A stretch of DNA of 64,000 nucleotides. It comes from Eledone cirrhosa (Eukaryota). Made by a program: the position numbers and the translations under genes. The stretch covers positions 26,288,001 through 26,352,000 of the forward strand of contig OZ024749.1 in assembly GCA_964016885.1 (NCBI GenBank). The letters are read 5' to 3'. Below the pieces are notes generated by a model. That model was not told where the DNA came from and did no database searches. It saw only the letters and a program-made list of their open reading frames with translations. Each line of letters starts with the position of its first letter. The stretch's first letter is position 1. Below, piece after piece: positions 1-12,595 of the stretch.

Positions 1-119
1 GCAACGGCTAAAAAAGTCGTTGGGACACGTAAATAAAGGGGACATATACATACATATATACATTTACGTTTGTTGGTTCACCACTGGATAGAACTGGTCA
101 TCATTCTGTATGGTCAACC

Positions 120-159
<40 letters not shown>

Positions 160-160
<1 letters not shown>

Positions 161-465
161 TTAGGTTAATAGGAGTTAGGTATTGTATACCCGTGTCCCA
201 TTAAGTCCTTGTTTACTAGCTGCGGTGACCGCAGCTAGTAAACAAGGACCCACACCCCACCCTCCCGCACCAAAATTAGACTTATCGTCCCCTACTTTTG
301 CTCTTTACTCTCTTTACTCTTTGTTCTTGAATGTTTGGTTGGTAGAGTCCATAACACCAATCAAACCCCTTTTATAGCTCTGACGAATCCTACGGTTACG
401 TAAGGAAGAAACATTGTAAGCCAATACAAATCTTTTGATGTTTTAGAAGCTCTTGTGTTCTTTAT

Positions 466-470
<5 letters not shown>
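160..470 (+). mobile_element. (TA)n-embedded non-coding PLE-type 3' end (pLTR) or retrozyme-like element with hammerhead
   Basis: Unique island flanked on both sides by (TA)n; contains the HHR at 377-421. Confidence 0.6.
377..421 (+). ncRNA. minimal type-I hammerhead ribozyme
   Basis: gct CTGACGA atcctacg-gtta-cgtaagga-a GAAA cattg TA agc: stem I gct/agc, stem II hairpin with a bulge, 1-bp stem III. Confidence 0.75.
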
Positions 471-518
<48 letters not shown>

Positions 519-523
<5 letters not shown>

Positions 524-663
524 TAACAGATTAAAGTTTAAGCAAAGAATCGCTGCTTTCACTCTTAACGGGATCTTCTGTTGCTCTACGGTTCTTATAT
601 ATTTGATATATATTTATCCTTATCGAGCCCTCTTTGGATTTTAGTCTTCAAATTTATTATTAT

Positions 664-667
<4 letters not shown>
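519..667 (-). repeat. dispersed (TA)n-embedded repeat with a diverged homologue at 52428-52586; HHR-like CAGAAGA...GAAA motif
   Basis: Reverse complement shares agagggctcgataaggataa and cagaagatcccgttaag.g.gaaagca.cgattctttg with 52428-52586; stem I is not convincing. Confidence 0.5.
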
Positions 668-699
<32 letters not shown>

Positions 700-770
700 G
701 GGGGGAGCTTCTGGAAGAGTATATGTATAATAAAGCCAAAACAATGCAGGTATGGACATAGAATAAATGT

Positions 771-805
771 CCTTAATTTTCGAGATAATATCTCTTCTTC
801 GAAGG
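771..805 (-). ncRNA. degenerate minimal hammerhead
   Basis: Minus strand: cct TCGAAGA a gagat-att-atctc GAAA at TA agg; core is non-canonical. Confidence 0.4.
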
Positions 806-869
806 GAAGTAGTCCCTCTCGTCTGAGCTGTCCGCGTAGAGAAGGACCTGAGTGGGCCTATAACCTCCT

Positions 870-920
<51 letters not shown>

Positions 921-921
<1 letters not shown>

Positions 922-1241
922 CTTAAAATGCAGTGGGAATACGAAGAAAGCAAGAACATGAGGTAGGGGGGGGGGGGTTCCTCATCAGTTGTCAACTGGG
1001 GTTCTAAGGTTATTTCAACGCTTTAAAGACTTATCCAGTTATTGACGCCCTGGGGTGAAGCGGTATCTTGTCTTTAAAGCGTAGAAATATCCTAGAGCCC
1101 CAGTAGACAACTGATGAGGAAAACTGCCCGCCCCCCTCCACACACACACACGTTCTGTTCTTGCTTTCTTCGTATTCCCACTGCATTTTAAGTTACCTTA
1201 AATAGCAACTACACAGCCATTTCTATTTCTCCATATATTTC

Positions 1242-1243
<2 letters not shown>
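921..1243 (+). mobile_element. fold-back (TA)n-embedded element with CTGATGA motif
   Basis: 921-1030 is the imperfect reverse complement of 1070-1195; gacaaCTGATGAgg occurs in both arms. Confidence 0.55.
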
Positions 1244-1316
<73 letters not shown>

Positions 1317-1495
1317 ATATATACATATAAACACACACACACACATATATATATAATATATAAAATATATATAATATATATATAATATATATAATATATA
1401 AAATAAAATATAAAATAATACATATATATATAAACATATATACATATAAACACACACACACACATATATATATATATAAACATATATACATATAA

Positions 1496-1581
<86 letters not shown>

Positions 1582-1626
1582 GCCACCGATGAAAGCCAGC
1601 CAGAGTGCGAGTGTATATATATATAT

Positions 1627-1686
<60 letters not shown>

Positions 1687-2162
1687 GCACTCTGGCCGGC
1701 TTTCATCGGAGCTTTGAACAAACTGAGAAAATAAATGGCTAAATAGCTTAGAAGAGTAGAATGCTGTTAATGGAAGTGTAGAGAGAATATAGGAGAGCTT
1801 TCGTGTCTTGCCTCTATAATTTCTGCTTTGTTGATTTGATGCTTTTTACCTTTCACTTACCTTTAGTCTCTGATATAATAAAATTTATGCCAGCATCTAC
1901 TGACGGCTTGCTAGCTTCTCTGGAAATTGTCAGGAGATTTCATAATAATTCTTTAATGCAATTTTATGGACATACAAACATATACGCATACGCATACAAA
2001 TGCACAGATATAATACATACACGTACATACACAGACACACAGAGACATTCACCTCCGTGCACACGTGTCCACACACACAGACACGTGCACCTGTACCCTC
2101 ACATACATGCTTACGCACGCACATGCACACAGCTCTATAGATATACATATGTGTATACGCAT

Positions 2163-2255
<93 letters not shown>

Positions 2256-2376
2256 CATATATATATATTATTATTATTATTATTATCTATATATATGTGT
2301 GTGTGTATGTATATGTATATGGATATATATGCATATATACATACATCTATATATATGTATTAATGCATGTAAATAT

Positions 2377-2411
<35 letters not shown>

Positions 2412-2535
2412 GGTATGTATATATGTATATATATTAATACATATACGTATGACTGTATATATATATATGTAGGTATATATATATATATATTAATACATAT
2501 ACGTATGACTGTATATATATATATATGTGTGTGTG

Positions 2536-2599
<64 letters not shown>

Positions 2600-2632
2600 G
2601 AGAGAGAGAGAGAGGGAGAGAGAGAGAGAGAT

Positions 2633-2674
<42 letters not shown>

Positions 2675-3041
2675 CATGCTGATATGCTGATATGCTGCTA
2701 TAATGTAATATAGTGATATATTGATATAGTGATATGGTGATACGGGAGATATCTCGCTCACGATATATCTCAATATTTCTTTATAACGATTACCGAGAGA
2801 TGAGCGACAATGTTAAGTATTACCTATGCATACATGTACCTCGGTGTATTTCAATTTGATGTATGTGTATATATGTGTATATATGTATATTAATATATAT
2901 ATATATATATATTAAAAAGAACGACGTAGTTTCGTTTACATGTATTTAGACTTTAATTGTGTATCGATCTGTTACGCACGTTTCGCAGAGGATTGGCTGA
3001 GGGGCACCAATAGCAGTGATGGACTCATTACCATAACAGAA

Positions 3042-3124
3042 GTCTGACGAGCTTTTGATTATAAAGTCGGGCCAGATCAATCCTGATCGAGCCATAAGTT
3101 GATTAATCGCGAAACGGGCGTCAC
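3042..3124 (+). ncRNA. type-I hammerhead with long stem II insert
   Basis: gt CTGACGA gc...gc GAAA cgggcg TC ac; homologous to the 3681-3767 HHR. Confidence 0.6.
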
Positions 3125-3254
3125 GCCTCAATTAAAGTAATGAATATCTAGCATATCGTCTTTTTTATTATTATTGTATATATATATCGTATTTTTCATT
3201 TGATATATATATATATATCAAATAAACAATACGAGGAAATATACCTTTTTTTTT

Positions 3255-3345
3255 CCCCGACTGCAGTTTCGCCGAATCTCTTTGCACCGATTATGCACGA
3301 TAAAAGTGCATCATTGATGTGAGATTGATAGAGCTTATCAAGAGA
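3255..3345 (-). ncRNA. type-I hammerhead, U3-A8 core variant
   Basis: Minus strand: tctc TTGATAA gct...ggc GAAA ctgcag TC gggg; palindromic stem III; inside (TA)n-flanked island 3219-3566. Confidence 0.65.
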
Positions 3346-3563
3346 CCCCCCAACGGGACTATTTCTTGATGTGTTCGTAGCAAGTGAGAAATTCTCGAGA
3401 GGTGGAGGGAGAAATTAACACGTGATACAATGGTCAGAGAATGGTAGTTAAAGGTGGACAGTAAGCGAGTAACGTATTTGCTAGAAAAAGCAGTTAGTAC
3501 ACGCCTGGTTAACTTGACCATAGGGGAGTTTAGGACAATATAATAGTGATGTACACACACATA

Positions 3564-3634
<71 letters not shown>

Positions 3635-3680
3635 AAATAAAACAAGGACGAATGGTTACTCCTTCTTTACGTTTATTGGC

Positions 3681-3767
3681 TGGTGACGCGCGTTTCGCTA
3701 CTGATCTGTTCAAGGTTCGATCTGTATCGATCAAGCGGGACTCTGTAATCAATGGCTCGTCGGACCA
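3681..3767 (-). ncRNA. type-I hammerhead (CCGACGA core) followed by AATAAA
   Basis: Minus strand: tggt CCGACGA gc...gc GAAA cgcgcg TC acca gcc AATAAA; inside fold-back island 3630-3845. Confidence 0.7.
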
Positions 3768-3853
3768 CCTCTGTGGTAGGAATGATAGGATTCTGTCATT
3801 ACTACCACAGAGGTCCGACGAGCCATTGATTACAGACTCCCTGGATATATATA

Positions 3854-3885
<32 letters not shown>

Positions 3886-3888
<3 letters not shown>

Positions 3889-3920
3889 AAGAAGGGCTTA
3901 TGCCCGAAACGTCGTCCTCC
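3886..3920 (+). ncRNA. 5'-truncated minimal hammerhead abutting (TA)n
   Basis: (t)TGAAGA a gggc-ttat-gccc GAAA cgtcg TC ctcc; AATAAA about 35 nt downstream; island 3886-4007. Confidence 0.65.
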
Positions 3921-4005
3921 ACCTACCCCCCCCCCCCTCTCCTGAGCGTGAATTTAATAAACATTTATCGTACTGCCTCTCTGTTCTGTCCCTGTTCAAT
4001 TTTTC

Positions 4006-4060
<55 letters not shown>

Positions 4061-4068
<8 letters not shown>

Positions 4069-4959
4069 GAAAGGTATAGAAAACATTGTAGCGAAAAGCC
4101 AACAGTATTCCATAATATATAAGTGACTATAGCGTCAAAATGGGAAAAATAGTTAACGTAAGATGTGGGAAAAATAATTCAAACTCATCTCAAAGAGAAT
4201 CAGGATATAGATTCATCCACAGAATTTAGTGAAATCCAGGGAAAAATCTATAGAGCCTTAACTCATGATAAAATAGTCTAAAATACTCATCCTTCAATTT
4301 GGAAAAACTTCAAATGCTCTGTATAGTCTTAAAGACTATTTCATGAAAACTTTCAGTGGAGATGGTCACGGTTGGATTTCAATCGTCGGCAGATCTCAGC
4401 TCGATAACCAGGACTCTCACAGATTAATATCCTATAAAGGGAATTTTAAAACTGGCTAGTTCACCATCATGCGTGATTATGAAAAACGCACATGAGGAAA
4501 GACATGGCTAGTGACGTCAGAATGAGACGAATGTTTGTTTACAAGAAACAACAGTCAAAAACATTCCGAAAAAAACTCTACAAAAGGAGTTCAGCAAAAA
4601 GCAATATTATCGCAGTTTTTATTAAAAAAACCGGGATTAGTCACAAATAATTTAAGCACTCTAGGAAAAAAAAATCCGAGTATAAATATATAAATGAAAG
4701 GTATAGAAAACACTGCAGCGAAAAGCCAACAGCACTTCATAATATATAAGTGACTATAGCGTCAAAATGGGAAAAATATTTAACGTAAGATGTGGGGAAA
4801 ATAATTCAAACTCATCTCAAAGAGAATCAGGATATAAATTCATCCACAGAATTTAGTGAAATCCAGGGAAAAATCAATAGAGCCTTAACTCATGATAAAA
4901 TAAAGTTTAAAATACTCATCCTTCAATTTGGAAAAACTTCAAATTCTCTGTATAGTCTT
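4061..4959 (-). mobile_element. partial tandem element (627-bp unit, about 1.4 copies) with HHR, inserted in (TA)n
   Basis: atataaatgaaaggtatagaaaac occurs at 4061 and 4688; HHR at 4318-4393. Confidence 0.75.
4318..4393 (-). ncRNA. type-I hammerhead with full 6-bp stem III
   Basis: Minus strand: tctg CCGACGA t tgaaa...tttca t GAAA tagtct-tta-agacta TA caga. Confidence 0.75.
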
Positions 4960-4966
4960 ATATATA

Positions 4967-5051
<85 letters not shown>

Positions 5052-5150
5052 ATTCATTTTATTAGGGCTAATATGTGAGTCTTGTTACTCTGCAACTTCT
5101 TCTGTTTATATCAGTGTCATCAGACAAGAACAGTTTCTCACATATAAAAA

Positions 5151-5372
5151 AAGGAACGATCGACTTTTTTTCATCAAATCGGACCGAGGAAACAATGTTT
5201 CCATTGGTCTTTCCAATTGCTAATACTATCTATCGGTCGCAACTCCAGGTAGAAGGAGCAACGTGAAATAAAGTGTCTTGCTCAAGGACATAACGCATCG
5301 CCCGGTCCAAGAATCGAACTCACAACCTCACGATTGCGAATCCAATTCTCTAACCACTCAGCCACGCGCCTT
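5151..5372 (-). mobile_element. tRNA-derived SINE (octopus-type)
   Basis: Minus strand has A-box TGGCTGAGTGG and B-box GTTCGATTC, then tgtccttgagcaagacactttatttcacgttgctcc; close copy at 55493-55711. Confidence 0.85.
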
Positions 5373-5386
5373 CTGTGTGTGTGTGT

Positions 5387-5427
<41 letters not shown>

Positions 5428-6135
5428 ACAGGATGTGCCTGAGTATTATAATTCGTCCTGAAATAATTTAGTAAGAACGGTTATGGATAGATAGACAGAA
5501 GGAGAGAAAGGGAAAGAGTCAAGTAGATAGATAATATAGAGTTACCTCCCCTCTACGTAATTGGGCGTCGACCTTTCTTTCAAACTATATTAAACATATA
5601 TATATTAGTATGATTAAAACTTTACAATATTAGTTTCTGACATAAGCAGGCGAGAGACCAGAAGTCTGGTGAGGGAGGAGGAGGAGAGGAGGATAGGAGG
5701 AGGAGGAGGAGGAGGAGGAGGAGGAGGAGGAGGAGGAGGAGGAGGAGGAGGAGGAGGAGGAGGAGGAGGCATATTTTAATAAATCAACCCCTGGTGATAA
5801 GTGGTTCTTTATCTTTATTAGCCCGAAAATGATGTATTGTAAAGTTTTTTAGGGATGGCGAAGGGGAAGGGGTTGGAGCTCATGACATAAAGGGCGGTAA
5901 CTTGGTAGATTAAATCTATCACCCGGTTAACTAACTTGTCTACTAGTTGGATATTAGTAATGTCGGGAAGGCTAGAGGTGGTATTGGTGGGTGAGGCGGA
6001 AGTTCTTTAGTAGGATTTACTGTCGTAGACATACACATGCGCACACATACACATAGACATGCATACATACATACATACATACATACATACATACATACAT
6101 ACATACATACATACATACATACATACATACATACA

Positions 6136-6580
6136 TAAAAATGGCCACCAAATTAAAGCACAACCGGCCTGATATTGTTGTTTGGGACCACACATTGAAA
6201 ACGTGTTCTGCTGTGGAGATCAGCTGCCCATTAAACATTATCAGAAAAATACAGGAGAAGGAGGACATCTACGGACCATTGATGAGGAGTTTACAAATCC
6301 AGTATCCAAGATACACCTTTAGCTTCATACCCATCATTATTGGAGCTACGGCGTATATACCAACCCGCTTGGACCAAAGTATGACTGAATTTGGATTTGC
6401 GGACAAAAGGCGCAGCTCCCTAATTCATAGTCTACAAATGGCTGCGATAGCTGGCACCTTCAAAATTTGCAAAACATTCTTGCTAATCAGGGGATGACAA
6501 TTTCTTTTCTTTTACAACCTTGCCACCAGGAAGGTGGCCGGTCAAAAAAAATATACTCGAAATTAAGAGAAAGAGATATA
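6136..6580 (+). mobile_element. 3' end of RLE-type (R2/R4-like) non-LTR retrotransposon inserted in (CATA)n
   Basis: ORF 6141-6497 has NRPDIVVWD...VEISCP...KEDIY...PIIIGA, a PD-(D/E)xK-like restriction-like endonuclease motif; (CATA)n on both sides; second copy at 40730-41258. Confidence 0.85.
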
Positions 6581-6611
6581 TAACATACATACATACATGT
6601 ATATATTGGGC

Positions 6612-6674
6612 CGCAAGTATGAAATTTGTAGAAATTTGTAGAAAAAAAACAAATTTCTACAAATTTCATACTTG
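6612..6674. repeat. short inverted repeat (MITE-like remnant)
   Basis: caagtatgaaatttgtagaaatttg pairs with caaatttctacaaatttcatacttg. Confidence 0.6.
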
Positions 6675-6683
6675 ACGATCCTG

Positions 6684-6756
<73 letters not shown>

Positions 6757-6763
<7 letters not shown>

Positions 6764-7388
6764 GAGAAGAAAGAAGAATACTGCGTGGTTTGCACATGGG
6801 TTACATATGATAAAAATAGTCCTTCGTCAGTGATTTTCCAACCATCATTGGTATTTCATCGCATTAAAAATCATATACCTCAGGTTGGTGCGAGCAATAA
6901 CTAAAAGAAGTTATTGGGACCAGTAAATCGCGTAAAGCGAGGGTGACAAGTAAACAACATAGAAGGATAAAAGCAAACCGAAGATAGGAAAATAAACAAT
7001 AAACATGGTTGTCCGGTCAGCATAAGCTGGGTGGATTTCATGAGCGAGAGAGATACAGACCTTCCGACGTGAGTGAGATGTAAGCAAGAAGAGACCCACT
7101 ACAAGCCAAACGGGAGGAAGTGAGAAGGGGAGAAACAGTGAGTGAGTGAGTGGAAGTTCGAGGAAGAGGTCAGTCGAGAGAAAGTGTAACTGACAGAGGG
7201 GGCGAAAGAAGGTGAGAGAAACAGAGAGAGCGGGGAAGCAGTAAGAGAGAAAAAGACAAACACAGCCGAGGTAAATATATATAAAAAAAACATGAGAAGA
7301 AAGAAGAATAATGCGTGGTTGCACATGGGTTACATATCATAAAAATAGTCCTTCGTCAGTGATTTTCCAACCATCATTGGTATTTCAT

Positions 7389-7392
<4 letters not shown>
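6757..7392 (-). mobile_element. partial tandem element (530-bp unit, about 1.2 copies) in (TA)n; homologue at 20294-20590
   Basis: catgagaagaaagaagaat occurs at 6761 and 7291; CTGACGA on the minus strand. Confidence 0.65.
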
Positions 7393-7452
<60 letters not shown>

Positions 7453-7457
<5 letters not shown>

Positions 7458-7650
7458 TTGATATTAAATAAATGGAAACTATAGTTATAAAACCATATTT
7501 ATTCTATTATATTTATTCTAAATATGGTTTTATAAATATAGTTTCCATTTATTTAATATCAATTAAATACTTTCTCCAGAAACTTGTCGAGTGCTTTGAA
7601 TCAGTTGTAAACATCTATATTTGTTGGATTTCCAACAAATTAAATATCTC
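7453..7650 (+). mobile_element. short fold-back 3' end of the 58512-58971 family
   Basis: Shares aaatatggttttataaat.tagtttccatttatt.aatatc and gagtgcttt.a.atcagtt with 58840-58930; has an inverted 5' arm. Confidence 0.65.
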
Positions 7651-7651
7651 G

Positions 7652-7795
<144 letters not shown>

Positions 7796-7969
7796 CATAA
7801 TCGGAGAAAGCTAATAGCGATACTCCAGCCAAATTCCAACACACTCAACAAACATTACGAAATAACTGAGTATATTCCTAATTAAACGTTCGGGGTGCTA
7901 ACTAATTGTATTGTGTGGAAAATTGGCTGTATCATTTCATATGAGATAATAAACAATACAATATATTTA

Positions 7970-8037
7970 CCTCGTTACCAAAGGTTTCCCGAATAAGATG
8001 AATACAAGAAGCGTCCGCATTCGTTCGTCAGACAAGG
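7970..8037 (-). ncRNA. type-I hammerhead in fold-back element 7792-8230
   Basis: Minus strand: ccttgt CTGACGA a cgaat...attcg g GAAA cc-ttt-gg TA acgagg; the inverted arm 8058-8148 has lost GAAA by deletion. Confidence 0.8.
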
Positions 8038-8589
8038 CAATTTAAAACATCTTTAAATTGTTTTAAATTGCCTTGTCTGACGAACGAATGCTGACGTTTT
8101 TTTGTATTCCTTTGGTAATGAGGTAATTATATTGTATTGTTTATTATACATTAATTATTTAGCTCTGTAACTTACATAGAGCACTCTTCATTCCGATGAC
8201 CATTTCAATTTTCAACGGAAACTTCAATACTTATATATATATATATATGTGTGTATATACAAACATCTCTATATATGTATATATATATATGTGTGTGTAT
8301 GTGTGTGTTAGTGTATGACAGAGGTGTATATGGAGGCACAGGCGTTATATTTATGATGTATAAACATGCATATCTCTATTTATGTGTGTATATATGTATA
8401 TTCATATATACACATAAAATTTCATATGTATACACTCATAAAATCCTTAAGACATCCCATGTACTACATCAGTTAAGAGATCTCTACTTTTACATACCAA
8501 ATGCCTGCCATTTAAATATCTGGCGAAGCTTATCCCCTTTCCATGCTGGAACATAAGATTTCTTTTTGAGAAAAGAAATAGAGAAAGAC

Positions 8590-8995
8590 CTAGAGTGACA
8601 GTGGGAGGGGGGGGAGAAAGTGAGAGAGACAGAGAGGATGGAGAAAGGGAGAGAGACCTAGAGAGAAGGGAGATAGAGAGAGAGGATGGAGAAAGTGAGA
8701 GAGACCTAGAGAGAAGGGAGATAGAGAGACAGAGAAGAGGGGAAAAGGGAGATAGACAGAGATGGGGAGAACGTGAGAGAGGGGGGAGACAGAGAGGGGG
8801 GAACGTGAGAGACACCTAAAAAGAGAGAGAGAGAAGGGGGAAAAGAGGAGAGAGGGGAAAACCGAGAAAGAAAAACAAAGAGAGCGGGGGAGGGAGTGGA
8901 GAAAATGAGAAAGACTGAGAGTGAGGGGTGGAAGAGTGAGAGATAGAGAGAGGGGGAGAGAGACAGACAGAGAGAGAGAGAGAGAGGGGGGGTGA
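8590..8995. repeat. purine-rich (GA)-type low-complexity tract
   Basis: Degenerate GA/GGA repeats with short internal duplications. Confidence 0.8.
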
Positions 8996-9007
8996 AGAAT
9001 AGATTCC

Positions 9008-9125
9008 AATACTTGACTGGTATTTTATTTATCAATCTCGAAGAATGAAAGTCAAAGTTGACCTTGGCGGGATTTTGAACTCATGGCGGAATAAATACCG
9101 CAAAGCAGTTTGTCCTACATTCTGA
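9008..9125 (-). mobile_element. second SINE family (Nin-domain-like); other copies at about 5775-5885 (-), 47390-47490 (+), 52060-52170 (+) and 62715-62787 (+)
   Basis: Shared motif gtcgactttgcctttcatcc...gggtcgataaaataaagtaccag after a gttcaaat B-box-like sequence; the family name is from memory and unverified. Confidence 0.6.
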
Positions 9126-9138
9126 CCATTCTTCCTAT

Positions 9139-9475
9139 TCACCGCCATTCTTGGCACTCCGTCGGTTACGACGACGAGTGTTCCAGTTGATCCGATCAAT
9201 GGAACTGCCTGCTCGTAAAATTAACGTGCAAGTGGCTGAACATTCCACAGACACGCGTACCCTTAACGTAGTTCTCAGGGAGATTCAGCGTGAAACCGAA
9301 CGTGACAAGGCTAACCCTTCGAATTACAGGTGCAACTAATTTTTGCCAGCTGAGTTGACTGGAGCAACGTGAAAATATAATGTCTTACTTAAGGACAAAA
9401 CGCACCGCCGGGAATCGAACTCACGACCTTACGATTGTGAACCGAATACTTTAACCCTTAAGCCACGTGCCTTCA
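9139..9475 (-). mobile_element. tRNA-derived SINE, longer subfamily
   Basis: Minus strand: gaaggcacgtggcttaagggttaaagtattcggttcacaatcgtaaggtcgtgagttcgattcccggc; same head as 5151-5372 but a different tail. Confidence 0.8.
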
Positions 9476-9990
9476 CCGCCAATAAGTGTGATTAAACAGC
9501 AAAATTATTATGCAAAAAATGGCGTTTATACTGAATATGTATTTCATTATAGTTTATTTTCTAACCATAAACAATGATCGGATTAACGGAATAGCATAAT
9601 ATAAGAATAACAGATTATACTAGAAAAAATATGCAGAGCAGAATAAATTGTTTTCTCGTCACGTTACATTTAGTTGTTGCGTAATAATCCTTTAATCCGT
9701 TAATCCCTGATGTAGAGCAGAGAGAATATCTATAGGTACATGTCTAGCATTCGTAAATATAATTTAAACGTTGGATTTCACTAAATCACAGTTTGTTTTT
9801 GTATGTACAGAAGTATACAGCTGATTAAAGTAGTTAGCTGAAACGTCGTTAGACAGTCGGACAGATTGTCTTAAGTTATCTGTCTTAGCTGGCTACCACT
9901 CTCAGCTCTAATCCCACGGACTCCAACACCAATTTGGCTTTCAACCATGCTTTTTCCTCTCTTCACATTCCTGTGCATACAACAACCATG

Positions 9991-10077
<87 letters not shown>

Positions 10078-10080
<3 letters not shown>

Positions 10081-11306
10081 TTGAAATAAAATGAAAACGA
10101 AATTTCATTTCTCACTCTTAGTACGGCACTTACTTAAATGTAAGTATGTGTGTATACGTACATACATATATGTATACAGACGTACAGTAGCATGCACATA
10201 TATATATATATACATATATACACATATACACATTCAGGTACACATACATATATGCACGTATCAGTTTAGCGGACGCTTATTATAACGCCGCTTTGTTCGT
10301 TTGTAAACAAACTGAACAGCCTGAATTTTTATGCCGTACGGTGTTAAGGCAACCACGTCACCTTTTTGTTCAACACTAACACAGGAACGATGTACTAGTT
10401 TCAAGCTTGTTAGCTATCATCAGCACCGTATACCCATCTGCCAGATAGTTGAACGTTCGAAAGTATATACTTTCCTCGTGAAAATTAACGGCTGAGCAGC
10501 CTAATTTGCATATCGAGTGAGCTAAGTCGGTCAGGCATACCGAAAACGATAAGTTGAAATAAAATGAAAACGAAATTTCATTTCTCACTCTTAGTACGGC
10601 ACTTACTTAAATGTAAGTATGTGTGTATACGTACATACATATAATGAATACAGACGTACAGTAGCATGCACATATATATATATATATACATATATACACA
10701 TATACACATACAGGTACACATACATATATGCACGTATCAGTTTAGCGGACGCTTATTATAACGCCGCTTTGTTCGTTTGTAAACAAACTGAACAGCCTGA
10801 ATTTTTATGCCGTACGGTGTTAAGGCAACCACGTCACCTTTTTGTTCAATACTGACACAGGAACGATGTACTAGTTTCAAGCTTGTTAGCTATCATCAGC
10901 ACCGTATACCCAGACCGACTTAGCTCACTCGATATGCAAATTAGGCTGCTCAGCCGTTAATTTTCATGAGGAAAGTATATACTTTCGAACGTTCAACTAT
11001 CTGGCAGGTGGGTATACGGTGCTGATGATAGCTAACAAGCTTGAAACTAGTACATCGTTCCTGTGTCAGTGTTGAACAAAAAGGTGACGTGGTTGCCTTA
11101 ACACCGTACGGCATAAAAATTCAGGCTGTTCAGTTTGTTTACAAACGAACAAAGCGGCGTTATAATAAGCGTCCGCTAAACTGATACGTGCATATATGTA
11201 TGTGTACCTGTATGTGTATATGTGTATATATGTATATATATATATATATATGTGCATGCTACTGTACGTCTGTATACATATATGTATGTACGTATACACA
11301 CATACT

Positions 11307-11310
<4 letters not shown>
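10078..11310 (-). mobile_element. HHR-bearing multimer: 473-bp unit x about 1.8, plus an inverted copy at 10912-11310
   Basis: aagttgaaataaaatg at 10078 and 10551; HHR acggtg CTGATGA t agct-aaca-agct t GAAA ctag TA catcgt at 10387-10429 (-), 10863-10905 (-) and 11016-11058 (+); flanked by (TA)n. Confidence 0.88.
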
Positions 11311-11362
<52 letters not shown>

Positions 11363-11475
11363 TAAGAAATAGGGGCGAAGACAGGAAAATGGACGAATAC
11401 AGAGAGTGGTCGCATCTCATCAATCGAGTGCGAGAGATACGTTGTTTCGGTACTTATATGTATATAGATATATAT

Positions 11476-11553
<78 letters not shown>

Positions 11554-11650
11554 TGTGTGTGTGTGTAAAAGGTAAACAGAAATAACAACGCAATCGGTAA
11601 AGTATATGGAAGCAATATATTAGGTGAACGCTTGAAATAGCAGGAAGAGG

Positions 11651-11686
11651 GTCTTAACATTTCGGACGCTAGTCCTTCATCAGGAG
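11651..11686 (-). ncRNA. minimal hammerhead with weak stem I
   Basis: Minus strand: ctc CTGATGA a ggac-tagc-gtcc GAAA tgttaag. Confidence 0.55.
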
Positions 11687-11845
11687 AAAGAATGAGAAAT
11701 AAGATAGATTGAAGGGACGGGTGAGGTGGAATTGGAAAAAATGTCTTTAGATAAAAATAACAGGCCCATTCATGTATGAATAAGAAATATGGGCGAAGAC
11801 AGGAAAATGGCCGAATACAGAGAGTGGTCCCATCTCATCAGTCGA

Positions 11846-12595
11846 CCACTAAAGATGTCTCATAGTCTGGGATTCAGCCAGCACGCACCGTGCCAAAGAT
11901 ATGAAGAACTTTCTTGCAGAAAGAAGAATCGATCAAATCATGATTCCCGCAGGAATGACCGCCTATCTCCAGATTCTTGACATCGCACTGAATAAACCAT
12001 TCAAGGACCATCTGCGCATGGAAATAAATGACTACATTGAAAACAGAATGACGAGAAATGAGCGGGAAAAATTTCGTGAAGCCCAGCCTTCAAGAGATCG
12101 TGACTTGCGTGAGAAATTCATGGAACGAAATCACAGTTAGCTGTCATAAATGCACTACGAGCAGGTAATCTGGATAAGAACTCTCCATTCAATTCGACCT
12201 CTATCACTCTATCACTCAATGAAAGACTAGGGACGAAAATTCTGCAGGCAATTAAGTCACAAGAAAATTCCACAGAAATCATTGAATCCACTGATTTGGG
12301 AAACAATGACATTCCAGAGCAGGATGACATGATTATTTTTGAATAAATTAGTGGATTAGTTCGCTCATGAGTTTTGGAATTAAATGGTGTGTTAATTTTT
12401 AATAAATTTGATCTTTCAAGTAAACGTTGCGCGTAAATGCCGATTGTTTTTTCGTAATTTCCAATCATTTAGCGAATTTGTAATTTTCAGTTTCGTAGTG
12501 TCGTTTTTTCGGTATATGAACCCCCTCCCCCGAAAATAAGCCTCAGTAGTACATTTCGGAGTAAAAATTAATAGAAACCATGGTTTATAATCGGT
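11846..12595 (+). mobile_element. pogo/Tigger-type (DDE_1) DNA transposon, 3' fragment
   Basis: IPAGMTAYLQILDIALNKPFKDHLR matches the conserved LQPLD..N.PFK motif; a frameshift continues into KPSLQEIVTCVRNSW; ccgaaaataagcct...aaaaattaat resembles a pogo subterminal repeat. Confidence 0.8.

Noticed and set aside
5290-5372. tRNA genes here and at about 9400, 21300, 47580 and 55493
   Set aside because: They are A/B-box heads attached to shared SINE bodies, with no proper acceptor stem.
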